Shown: positions 30,528 to 38,668 of the stretch, piece after piece | Layout: each line of letters begins with the position of its first letter | Numbering within the stretch: the first letter of the stretch is position 1 | Assembly: GCA_964345005.1 (NCBI GenBank) | Contig: CAYFPQ010000014.1 | Location: forward strand, 1 to 54,809 | DNA length: 54,809 nucleotides | Source: an uncultured Victivallales bacterium | GTDB lineage: Bacteria; Verrucomicrobiota; Kiritimatiellia; UBA8416; JABMPJ01 | Direction: 5' to 3' | Notes under the pieces: generated by a model | Database searches by the model: none | Seen by the model: only the letters and a program-made list of their open reading frames with translations | What the model was told of the DNA's origin: nothing | Translations under genes and position numbers: made by a program

Positions 30528-30765
30528 CTTCAGCAAGGCACGCCGCGGAGCGGTCGTGCCCCCATCGGGAAACAAGACGCGAATCACGATCCGGCTAGAT
30601 CGTAATCTTGTCGAGTGGTTCAAGTCCAAGGCAGAAGCCCAAGGTGGTGGGAACTACCAAACGATGCTCAATGATGCCCTCAGGGCATACACCGAGCATC
30701 AGGATGCATCCCTCGAGAAGCTCCTCCGCAAAGTCGTCCGAGAAGAGCTCAAGAAGGCATCCTGA
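30511..30765 (+). CDS. brnA: BrnA-family antitoxin
   Basis: ATG 30511 overlaps the brnT end by 17 nt. RITIRLDRNLVEWFK...GGNYQTMLNDALRAY matches the BrnA RHH-like pattern. Confidence 0.8.
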   Translation: MKANYDFSKARRGAVVPPSGNKTRITIRLDRNLVEWFKSKAEAQGGGNYQTMLNDALRAYTEHQDASLEKLLRKVVREELKKAS

Positions 30766-30919
30766 GGGACTGGCGAACACCACGTTGGAATCGCTGATAG
30801 CGTAGCACAGATTTCTGCACAATATTTGCTGATAGCGCGCTTTCAGCAAAACCATGAGCATGACGGTTGGCCATGAGAAGGATCTTGCGGCGTGGTGCTG
30901 AATATAGTACCGTAGCGAC

Positions 30920-31339
30920 ATGAAGAAATACAGAGCTGTCATCGACACGAACGTCTTGCACGCTGGGCTCTACTCCGTCTCTGGCGCATCGTACCAGCTT
31001 CTGCGACTGATAGAGCGTGGCCGTGTGATACCTCTCCTGTCGACGGCACTCTTGTTCGAGTATGAAGAGGTGTTGAAGCGCAATCAGAGGATGCTCGGTC
31101 TGTCGGGTCGCGCAGTCAACGACGTCCTGGACGGCTTCTGCGTGCGTGGCGAATCCCGGAAAATTCATTTCCTCTGGCGCCCGCATCTTTCCGATCCGAA
31201 AGATGACCATGTTCTGGAACTGGCTGTCGCAGCCAATGGGGCAGACATCGTGACGCACAACGTAAAGGACTTCTTACACGCTTCATCATTCGGAGTTAGA
31301 ATAGTCACACCAGCACAGTTGTTAGGAGAATTGAAATGA
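30920..31339 (+). CDS. PIN-family toxin (TIGR00305-like)
   Basis: 139 aa. VIDTNVL, PKDDHVLELAVAANGADIVTHNVKDF. Confidence 0.85.
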   Translation: MKKYRAVIDTNVLHAGLYSVSGASYQLLRLIERGRVIPLLSTALLFEYEEVLKRNQRMLGLSGRAVNDVLDGFCVRGESRKIHFLWRPHLSDPKDDHVLELAVAANGADIVTHNVKDFLHASSFGVRIVTPAQLLGELK

Positions 31340-31599
31340 GCGCATTGAACCTACGACTACCCGATTCTGTTCATCGCCACATCAGAGAGATTGCGAAACA
31401 GGATGGGGTGTCCATCAACCTGTTCATCACCTCTGCAGTGTCGGAGAAGATCTCCGCACTCACGACGGAGGACTATATCGCCAACCGGGCGCAACACGCC
31501 CGCAAGGGAGCCTTCAAGAAGGTCCTCGACCGTGTTCCCAAGCGGAAACCGCTTCTCGGCGATGAGATGGCCAACAAGCCGTCGCACCATACCGCTTGA
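31336..31599 (+). CDS. RHH / HicB-family-type antitoxin encoded downstream of its PIN partner
   Basis: 87 aa. LNLRLPDSVHRHIREIAKQDGVSINLFITSAVSEKI. 4-nt overlap with the PIN gene. Confidence 0.75.
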   Translation: MSALNLRLPDSVHRHIREIAKQDGVSINLFITSAVSEKISALTTEDYIANRAQHARKGAFKKVLDRVPKRKPLLGDEMANKPSHHTA

Positions 31600-31611
31600 A
31601 GCCGCAGCGAA

Positions 31612-31836
31612 GTGAAGGAAGGTCCCTACATAGCCATGGAGTATGTGCCGGGCCCGAACGTTCCCTCGGTGGACGGTCTGCCCGGGCCATCGGTCGCCCT
31701 GCACGATGTTGTCCAGCAAGACGGCGTGCTGAGCGTTCATGAAGCCGTTGACTTGCTCATTAAGCTCTGCCGTGCGGTCGAGTTTGCTCACGACCAGCGC
31801 GTTATTCATCGCGACCTCAAGCCATCACTTCGCTAA
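31612..31836 (+). pseudogene. fragment of a Hanks-type Ser/Thr protein kinase
   Basis: Only subdomains V-VIb remain (YIAMEYVPG ... VIHRDLKPS). No ATP-binding lobe and no activation segment. Confidence 0.6.
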
Positions 31837-32064
31837 GAGAGGCGTATGTTCTGGAATTGACTGCGATGCAAAGTCAACTGACCAAACAGGGCCTGATGGC
31901 CGCGGCGGCCGCGGCGGTCAATGCCGAGATAAAGCTTGTATCGGGGCAGGAAGAAGAGCCCGTCCCCTCGTTACCTGACGTTGACGAGCAACCTGCTAGA
32001 GCATTCCGCAGGTCCTTCAACCACGCTGCTGATGGCTGGTAATGCTGCCGTGGGCTGACACACC

Positions 32065-32715
32065 CTACAGCTTCACAGAGAAGATCGCAAAATAGAGGAG
32101 GGCCAACCCGAAGAAAATGTAGGGAAGGGCCTTTTCTATGTGTCCTTTGATGCTGTGGTGAATTCCGTGGCCGGCGATGAGGACGAGCTGCATGACGAGA
32201 GTGATGGTCAGGCAGTAGACGAAAAGCAGCACCCCGCCCGTGATGACTTCGCCCGTACCGATGGCGGCGGCCAGCGCGGCGTAGAGTACGCCGCACGGGA
32301 GGAGCGAGGCGGCGCAGCCGCTGGTGAAGAGACCGACCTTCCCGAGCAGCTTTTTGAGCAGGGGTGTGACGGCTCCGGAAACCCCGCGTTTACGTACCGC
32401 GCCGATCCCGAGCGCGAGGAACATGATGGCGGGGATCAGTGTGGAGAAGATAGGCGGCGAGGTGGCGTTGCCGCAGCAGCTCACGCCGGCCTTGTTGACC
32501 AGGAACCCGGCACCGCCGGCAATGCCGCCGAGGATCGTGTAGCCGACGATTCGTCCCAGGTTGAAAAGGGAGAGCGAGCGAATCGGGCGCTCGGAGTGGA
32601 TGCAGCTGACGGTGAGATGCAGTGCACCGCACATCCCGAAGCAGTGGGGGATCGAAATCCAACCCAGCCCGACTCCGGTAACCAGGGCCGCAATGATGGC
32701 AGCGGGTGTTGGCAT
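32065..32715 (-). CDS. DsbD_2/TauE-like membrane protein with HCxxMCG motif (putative cbb3 maturation or metal handling)
   Basis: 216 aa, about 6 TM. PHCFGMCGALH near the N-terminus. Last gene of the respiratory operon, 4 nt after the preceding ORF. Confidence 0.7.
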   Translation of the reverse strand: MPTPAAIIAALVTGVGLGWISIPHCFGMCGALHLTVSCIHSERPIRSLSLFNLGRIVGYTILGGIAGGAGFLVNKAGVSCCGNATSPPIFSTLIPAIMFLALGIGAVRKRGVSGAVTPLLKKLLGKVGLFTSGCAASLLPCGVLYAALAAAIGTGEVITGGVLLFVYCLTITLVMQLVLIAGHGIHHSIKGHIEKALPYIFFGLALLYFAIFSVKL

Positions 32716-32719
32716 CGAC

Positions 32720-32866
32720 TTATACCGGTCGCGTCAGATGCGTGAAGAAGTAGATGATACAGATAAGGACCAGCAGTCCCGCTACCAGTAGTATCAGTTT
32801 GCTGACACCGTGTTCGGCCTGGTCAACCAGGTTGGTCTCCTCGATGTCGTAGTCTTTGTCTTTCAT
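32720..32866 (-). CDS. 48-aa single-TM ORF, CcoQ-like by position (not in the ORF track)
   Basis: Hand translation: MKDKDYDIEETNLVDQAEHGVSKLILLVAGLLVLICIIYFFTHLTRPV. GAGAGG about 8 nt upstream of the ATG. Wedged between ccoO and the HCxxMCG gene. Confidence 0.45.
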   Translation of the reverse strand: MKDKDYDIEETNLVDQAEHGVSKLILLVAGLLVLICIIYFFTHLTRPV

Positions 32867-32890
32867 GGCTAGCCTCTCTGTGAGAACGCG

Positions 32891-33478
32891 CTACTCCTCG
32901 TAGTCGTTCAGCAATCTGCCATCCTTGTCTTTGCGCCAGTTCTGGTTGCGGCCGAGGGTCTGGATGAAGGCGGTCAGGTCCTCGATCTGTTGGTCGGTCA
33001 GATAGTCGAACGACGGCATGATCGAAGCCTTCTGCAGCTTGGCCTCCTCCGCGGTCTGCAACTTCTCGCCCAGGTCGCGCGGGTTCTTGAAGTGCGACCA
33101 ATGCCATTCGGACGAGTACTTTCCGCCTACGCGCGCGAGGTCCGGGCCTGTGCGGCGGGTACCTATGAAATGGGGCTTATCGTACGCGTACTCCCATCCC
33201 TTCGAGGGGGGGGCATCGACCAGGCGCCAGCCGTAGCGTTTCTGGTCCGACTTCATGTGACGGATCTGCTGGGTGTGGCAGTAGACACAACCCTCGGCCA
33301 GGTAGACCCGGCGGCCGCGCTCTTCCTGTTCGGTATAGGGGCGCATGTTTGGCTTGGGGTCCATCAGTTCGTGGTCCACGAACTTCGGAAGGACCGTGGT
33401 GCAAAATACGCCAACGGAGAAAATGCCGAAGGCCCCTACGGCGAGAATGGCAATGTTTCTTTCGGTGAGCAGTTGCAT
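32891..33478 (-). CDS. ccoO: cbb3-type cytochrome c oxidase subunit II (monohaem)
   Basis: 195 aa. N-terminal TM, single CVYCH haem site, conserved YLAEGCVYCHTQQIR context. Confidence 0.9.
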   Translation of the reverse strand: MQLLTERNIAILAVGAFGIFSVGVFCTTVLPKFVDHELMDPKPNMRPYTEQEERGRRVYLAEGCVYCHTQQIRHMKSDQKRYGWRLVDAPPSKGWEYAYDKPHFIGTRRTGPDLARVGGKYSSEWHWSHFKNPRDLGEKLQTAEEAKLQKASIMPSFDYLTDQQIEDLTAFIQTLGRNQNWRKDKDGRLLNDYEE

Positions 33479-33479
33479 G

Positions 33480-34862
33480 TCAGGCCACCTTCTCTTGTGT
33501 GGGGTTCAGGAAATAGCTCTTACCGAATACCGTCTCCCACAGATTGTAGAAGAAGAGTGCTTGCGCGAAGAGGATGAGCAGGCCGGATAGCATGCGGATC
33601 ACCCAGAAGACGCGCTGTTCGGCGAGGATCTCCAGGAACGTACGCTCGATCTTCATCCACGCCAGTCCCTGGAGCGGGCCGCTCACGAACATAGGCATGA
33701 TGAACAGCAGCACGCCGATGAAGGTGAGCCAGAAGTGCGTGTTGGCAAGGCGTTGCGAGTAGAGCGGACGCTTCACAATGCGCGGGATGAAGTAGTAGCA
33801 GCCCGCCATGGCGTAGAGCGCGAAGCAGCCGAGCACAGCCATGTGCGCGTGCGCGATAATCCAATCGGTCTTGCTGACCACGGCATTCACCGAACGCATC
33901 GAGTGGAACGGCCCTTGGAGACAGGTGGCCAGATAGTAGATCGTACCCGTGAAAAGCAATTTGGCTTCGGCCGATTTGAAGCGCGTGGCGCGCGGGGCGG
34001 TGGCGAAGGTTCCGAGGAAGTTGGTCACGACGGCGAGCACCGGTATGATCAGGCTCCACGAAAAGAGAATGGCGACCGTCTCCAGCCAGTAGCTGTTGGG
34101 GCCGTGAATCATGTGATGTGCGCCGGTCCAGCAGTAGGTGAACGCAATGACCCAGAACCCGATCAGGCTCAACTTATGTGAGTAGAGCGGGGTGTTGAGT
34201 ACCTTCGGGATAAGGTAGTAGGCTGCGGCAAGACCGCACGGCGTGAATACCAGGCCCACCGCGTTGTGGACGTAGAACCAGGTCAGGTTGGCCTGGTTCA
34301 GTCCGGCCGTGAACTGCGTGAGAATGCTGCCGGTGATGTAGACGACGGCCGTCCACAGCAGTGTTCCGACGATGTACCAGACCGACACGTAGAAGCAGCG
34401 TACCTTGCGCTGCAGGATCGTCCCCATGACATTGACCAGCAAGAGTACCCACGCCAGCACGACCAGGTAGTTAAACGGTGGCGCGATCTCGGCGTACTCG
34501 ATGCCCTGGTTGATTCCGAGCAGGATACGGACGACCCCGCCCACGGCGCCGATGTTGAAAGCGGCCCATGTGGCGTATCCCAGCCTCTCCGAGAAGAGCT
34601 TGGTGTGAAGCAGGCGCGGAATGAAGTAGAGGATCATTCCGATATCGGCTTGCAGCAGGAAAGTGAACAGGATCACATTCGTGTGGGCCTGCCGGATGCG
34701 ACCGAACGAGAAGAGCGGATGGTCCCCAAGCTCGGGGAAGAGGAATTTCAGGGCGACAAATACGCCGAGACCCATTCCCAGTAGCAGGTAGATACAGGCT
34801 GATACCATGAACAGGTATGCCGCCCGGTGCTCTCTTGGTTGCGTTTCGTTCATAGGATTCAA
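33480..34862 (-). CDS. ccoN: cbb3-type cytochrome c oxidase subunit I
   Basis: 460 aa, 12 TM. GAHHMIHGP and WIIAHAHMAVLG His ligand regions. Confidence 0.92.
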   Translation of the reverse strand: MNPMNETQPREHRAAYLFMVSACIYLLLGMGLGVFVALKFLFPELGDHPLFSFGRIRQAHTNVILFTFLLQADIGMILYFIPRLLHTKLFSERLGYATWAAFNIGAVGGVVRILLGINQGIEYAEIAPPFNYLVVLAWVLLLVNVMGTILQRKVRCFYVSVWYIVGTLLWTAVVYITGSILTQFTAGLNQANLTWFYVHNAVGLVFTPCGLAAAYYLIPKVLNTPLYSHKLSLIGFWVIAFTYCWTGAHHMIHGPNSYWLETVAILFSWSLIIPVLAVVTNFLGTFATAPRATRFKSAEAKLLFTGTIYYLATCLQGPFHSMRSVNAVVSKTDWIIAHAHMAVLGCFALYAMAGCYYFIPRIVKRPLYSQRLANTHFWLTFIGVLLFIMPMFVSGPLQGLAWMKIERTFLEILAEQRVFWVIRMLSGLLILFAQALFFYNLWETVFGKSYFLNPTQEKVA

Positions 34863-34871
34863 TCCCGTCCG

Positions 34872-36614
34872 TTACTTCGTTAATGTCCTGATATAAGCAA
34901 TAAGATCCAGAATGGTCTGGTCGCCCAGGTGACTGTGCGACGGCATGGGCGTGCCGGGAACGCCGAGAATGATGGAGTCGTAGAGGCGATCGTCCGTCAG
35001 GTCGTCGCGTTTCATGAACCTGTCGTTCAGCAGGTTGCGCGGGTAGACGTTGCCCATGGTGTAGGCATTCGGCCCTTTACCATTGGCCAGCTTGCCGTGG
35101 CAGCCTGTGCAGTGTGCCAGGAAGGCGGTTTCGCCACGCGTCGCGTCGACCTCAACAATTTCCTTTTCCGTGAGCCGGTCCGTGTCGCCAACCTTTGGGA
35201 GCGGGGCATCGATTCGCACGAACTTGCGGTCCGGGTTCTTCATGCGGCTACGCTGCACGATGAATTCCACAACGGTTTGGATCTGATCGTCCGACAGCAC
35301 TTTCTCCCACGGTGGCATGGCGGTGCCCTCGATGCCCTTCGCGATCGAGTTGGGGAAGCGATCCTTGTAGCTCTCCACAAATTGCGGTCGGGCCAGGTTG
35401 CGGGGGTAGGGGTCCAGCAGGCGGTAGTTATCGCCACGTCCCCTCATATCCATGCCGTGGCAGCTTGCGCAGTAGGTCGTATAGATGCGCGCTCCCGATT
35501 CCGCGCCCGTGTCGACGTAGTCAAGTGATTTGAGGTAGAGCAACAGGCTGTCGACCTCGGTGTCGGTCAGGTTGTAGAAGATCGGCATAACCGAGTCGGG
35601 CGCGTGATCGCGCGAGTTACGAATGTGTTCTCTGATATATGTCTCTGAACGGGCGCGGCCGACATAGGTAAGCTCGGGACCGACGTGCCCGCCCCGGAGC
35701 TGCCCGTCGGATTCACGAATCGTATGGCAGTTGATGCAGCCGCCATGACGCGGGTTGTTGCTGTCTTGGATAGCGTGAAAGACCTTGCGGCCGGCGTTAG
35801 CCGTGGCGGTCTGGAGATCCTCATAGGTGACCGTGGGCACCTTGGTGCCTATAGGCGCAAGCGCATACTCTTTGAGGCGGGTCTTGCGCTGGCTCTTCAG
35901 GTAGATCGTCAGCGGCGTTACAATGGAGTCGTCCTCCACCCAGTCGAACTTGGGCATCTTGGAACTGGCGATGTTGGCCTCCGGGTGCACGATTGATTCA
36001 CGCAGGTAATCCATGCTGAAACGAGCTCCGGCATCGGTCAGGTCGGGTCCAATCTTCCCGTCTGACACGCCATCGATGGTATGGCATGACCAGCAGACTT
36101 TCTCGACATAGAGCTGGCGGCCCCGATTGAGCTCCGGTGCCCCGGCCAGCGGCTCAGCGTTGGTGTCGTGGCAGCGGATGCAGTTGGCTTGAACCTCCGA
36201 ACCGGTCAGAAGCGGCGCCGGCCACATATGGAAGTGCCCGTGCGCATCTTCCATCGTCGTAGCTCGCCCGTTGCCGTCGTGGCAGACCACACAGCCAATC
36301 TTGCCCAGGTCATGGGGATCTGCGGCTGTGCCGGGTGCAATCGGCGGGTGGGTGGTGAGGGGCTGCTCGAAGTCGGCGGCATCGGGATTGGCGTATCCCA
36401 CATGGCAGGTTGTACAGCGGTCGATCAAAGTCTTCCCGCCGACATCGACGTTGAGTTGCTTGATGCCGATCTCGTAATTGTCCACCTCGCACATCCTCGC
36501 GTATTGGCGCTGGTGCTTAGAGAACTCGGTCCGTAACGCCTTGCCGATCGCCAGGATGACAGCCACCAGGGCAAGAAGGGATGCAGCAGCCAGGAGTTTG
36601 TAGTCTTTGATCAC
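34872..36614 (-). CDS. membrane-anchored heptahaem cytochrome c (3 multihaem-type + 4 class-I-type sites)
   Basis: 580 aa. N-terminal TM. CxxCH x7 (CTTCH, CVVCH, CIRCH, CWSCH, CINCH, CASCH, CTGCH). The last four are each followed by an MP(x) Met-ligand segment. Confidence 0.85.
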   Translation of the reverse strand: MIKDYKLLAAASLLALVAVILAIGKALRTEFSKHQRQYARMCEVDNYEIGIKQLNVDVGGKTLIDRCTTCHVGYANPDAADFEQPLTTHPPIAPGTAADPHDLGKIGCVVCHDGNGRATTMEDAHGHFHMWPAPLLTGSEVQANCIRCHDTNAEPLAGAPELNRGRQLYVEKVCWSCHTIDGVSDGKIGPDLTDAGARFSMDYLRESIVHPEANIASSKMPKFDWVEDDSIVTPLTIYLKSQRKTRLKEYALAPIGTKVPTVTYEDLQTATANAGRKVFHAIQDSNNPRHGGCINCHTIRESDGQLRGGHVGPELTYVGRARSETYIREHIRNSRDHAPDSVMPIFYNLTDTEVDSLLLYLKSLDYVDTGAESGARIYTTYCASCHGMDMRGRGDNYRLLDPYPRNLARPQFVESYKDRFPNSIAKGIEGTAMPPWEKVLSDDQIQTVVEFIVQRSRMKNPDRKFVRIDAPLPKVGDTDRLTEKEIVEVDATRGETAFLAHCTGCHGKLANGKGPNAYTMGNVYPRNLLNDRFMKRDDLTDDRLYDSIILGVPGTPMPSHSHLGDQTILDLIAYIRTLTK

Positions 36615-36615
36615 G

Positions 36616-37989
36616 CTAGTGTCCTCCCCCGTGGCTCAGCACTTCCCAGGGCATCATGAAGTCCCAGTTGGGACCTCTGAAGAGCGACCCTATAATAATG
36701 AGATAGAGCATCAGAAGCGTGACGGAGATGCAGACCAGGTTCTGCGGCCAGCGATAGCGTGAGAACCAGACGCCTGAACCCCGGATCTTCTTGTTCATGA
36801 GCACTTCGAAAGCGATCTCGACGTAGGGCACAATCATCGCCAGCAGCACCAACGCTCCCGGGATGGCCACGCCACCGATGAAGCCGTGGTAGCTGGTCAG
36901 CTCCTGCAGCCCCACGAAGTACCACGGCGCCTTGGCCGGGTTCTCCGGTTCGGCCGGGTTGGCGGGTCCTTCGAGCGGCGCGTCGAACCAGACCGCCACG
37001 AGTGACACGGCAGCCAGCACGAGCATGAAGAGCACGACTTCGCGTACGATCAGCTTGGGCCAGGCAAAGACCATCTGATCGACCGGTTCGTCGACCTTGG
37101 GCTCCTTGCCCTTTACCACCTCGACGAGCTTGTAGGAGCGGGTCGAGTGAAATGCCGAGGCATTCTTCACTGTGCCACATTCATCGACCGGGATCAGCTT
37201 GTCCTCGTCCAGCTTTTCCGGGTGGGCCAAGCCGCCATCCTTGCGGATGCGCCAGAAGTGAAGCCCGATCAGGAGCCCCATAATAGAGGGCAGCACCGCC
37301 ACGTGCAGCACGTAGAAGCGGAGCAGCGCTTCGCTGCCGACGTCCGAGTCACCGAGCAGGAACTGTCGGATTATGGCGCCGCCCGGCGCGATGCGGGCAA
37401 TCTCGGTACCAACCTTTACGCCCCAGTAGGCGAGCTGATCCCACGGCAGCAGATAGCCGGTATAGGACATGAAAACCGTGAGGAGACCGAGCACGCACCC
37501 GATCAGCCAGTTGAACTCGCGTGGCCGTGAGTAGGCGCCTGTAAAGAAGACACGGAGCATGTGCAACCAGACAGCCGCGACCATTGCGTGCGCCGACCAG
37601 CGGTGCAGGTTGCGCAGGAACCCGCCCCAGAAGATGTTGCTGCGCAGGTTGAGCATACGCTGGTAAGCGACGGGGTAGCCATCGGGCCCGATGGCGTCGG
37701 AGGGTACGTAGTGGAACATCAGCAGGATGCCGCTCACCACCAGGATCAGGAAGAGGTAGAATGCGATCAGTCCGAGTCCCAGTGTTGTGGGGAATTGCAG
37801 GCTATGCCGGTGTACCTTGACCGGCTGGATGTGCAGCAGAAAGTTGCCGAACATGATTTTGGACTTGGTCAGACCCGTCTGGTCAAAGTTGTGCCGGAAG
37901 AATGTCTTCAGGTAGACGCGGCCCAGTTCCCGGACCTTTTCCGGGACGAGCTTTTCCATAAGCTGCTTTACCTCAATCGCCATCGCCAT
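36616..37989 (-). CDS. cytochrome b (fused b6 + subunit-IV-like, extra C-terminal helices)
   Basis: 457 aa. His pairs in NLHRWSAHAMV and YVLHVAV...GLHFWRIRK. APWYF in place of PEWY. Confidence 0.9.
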   Translation of the reverse strand: MAMAIEVKQLMEKLVPEKVRELGRVYLKTFFRHNFDQTGLTKSKIMFGNFLLHIQPVKVHRHSLQFPTTLGLGLIAFYLFLILVVSGILLMFHYVPSDAIGPDGYPVAYQRMLNLRSNIFWGGFLRNLHRWSAHAMVAAVWLHMLRVFFTGAYSRPREFNWLIGCVLGLLTVFMSYTGYLLPWDQLAYWGVKVGTEIARIAPGGAIIRQFLLGDSDVGSEALLRFYVLHVAVLPSIMGLLIGLHFWRIRKDGGLAHPEKLDEDKLIPVDECGTVKNASAFHSTRSYKLVEVVKGKEPKVDEPVDQMVFAWPKLIVREVVLFMLVLAAVSLVAVWFDAPLEGPANPAEPENPAKAPWYFVGLQELTSYHGFIGGVAIPGALVLLAMIVPYVEIAFEVLMNKKIRGSGVWFSRYRWPQNLVCISVTLLMLYLIIIGSLFRGPNWDFMMPWEVLSHGGGH

Positions 37990-37995
37990 TCCTTT

Positions 37996-38529
37996 CTATG
38001 CCACCGAGTAGAAGCTGTTCTTTTCAACGCGTGTGCCGGAGTCTATCTCCACCTGTCCACCAGGCATGGCCTTTACCGGTAGCCATGCCAGCCCTTCAGG
38101 TGCGGGTCCCGCTACCACCTCGGCCTCGTTGTCGTATTGCGATCCGTGACAGGGGCACTGGTAGCCCGTGGCAACGCGGTAGACCGTGCAGCCCAGGTGC
38201 GTGCAGATGAGGGAGATTGCCGCCACCTTGCCATCGTCGCGTCGCAACACGATGACGCGCTGCTCCGGGTAGATTAGCTCGTTACCCGGCGTCGGCAGGT
38301 CGGATACCTTGACCAGGAACTTCTTGGGCGTGAGGTACGTTACGGTTGGCAACATGAACTTCGCTATACCGGCCAGCCCGGCCACTCCAGCCAGTCCGGC
38401 ACACCCCAGACCCACGCTACGCACCATGAACTCGCGCCGGCTGGTCTTCTCGGCCTCGTCAGTCTGGCGTTTCTTCAGTTCGTCTTCCATCGGTCTCTCC
38501 TTCGGGCGGCGCGTGGTGTATGTGCTCAT
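37996..38529 (-). CDS. Rieske [2Fe-2S] subunit with twin-arginine signal
   Basis: 177 aa. SRREFMV TAT motif, CTHLGC and CPCHGS boxes. Start may be ATG 38490. Confidence 0.9.
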   Translation of the reverse strand: MSTYTTRRPKERPMEDELKKRQTDEAEKTSRREFMVRSVGLGCAGLAGVAGLAGIAKFMLPTVTYLTPKKFLVKVSDLPTPGNELIYPEQRVIVLRRDDGKVAAISLICTHLGCTVYRVATGYQCPCHGSQYDNEAEVVAGPAPEGLAWLPVKAMPGGQVEIDSGTRVEKNSFYSVA

Positions 38530-38668
38530 CTGCGTCGTCTTCCCTGAACATCAGATACTTCGCCTCTTCGGGGTCCTTGAATTGTCCGCCGCGTACGGCC
38601 CAGATATAGAGCCAGAGGAAGAGTCCTCCCAGGGCCAGCGATCCGAAAAGCAGGATCATGTGGAGCAC
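38459..38668 (-). CDS. ccoS: cbb3 oxidase maturation protein CcoS/FixS
   Basis: 69 aa. One TM followed by [23 protein letters not shown], matching the CcoS WA(V/L)xSGQ(F/Y)DD...DDD pattern. Overlaps both neighbours. Confidence 0.8.
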   Translation of the reverse strand: MLHMILLFGSLALGGLFLWLYIWAVRGGQFKDPEEAKYLMFREDDADEHIHHAPPEGETDGRRTEETPD

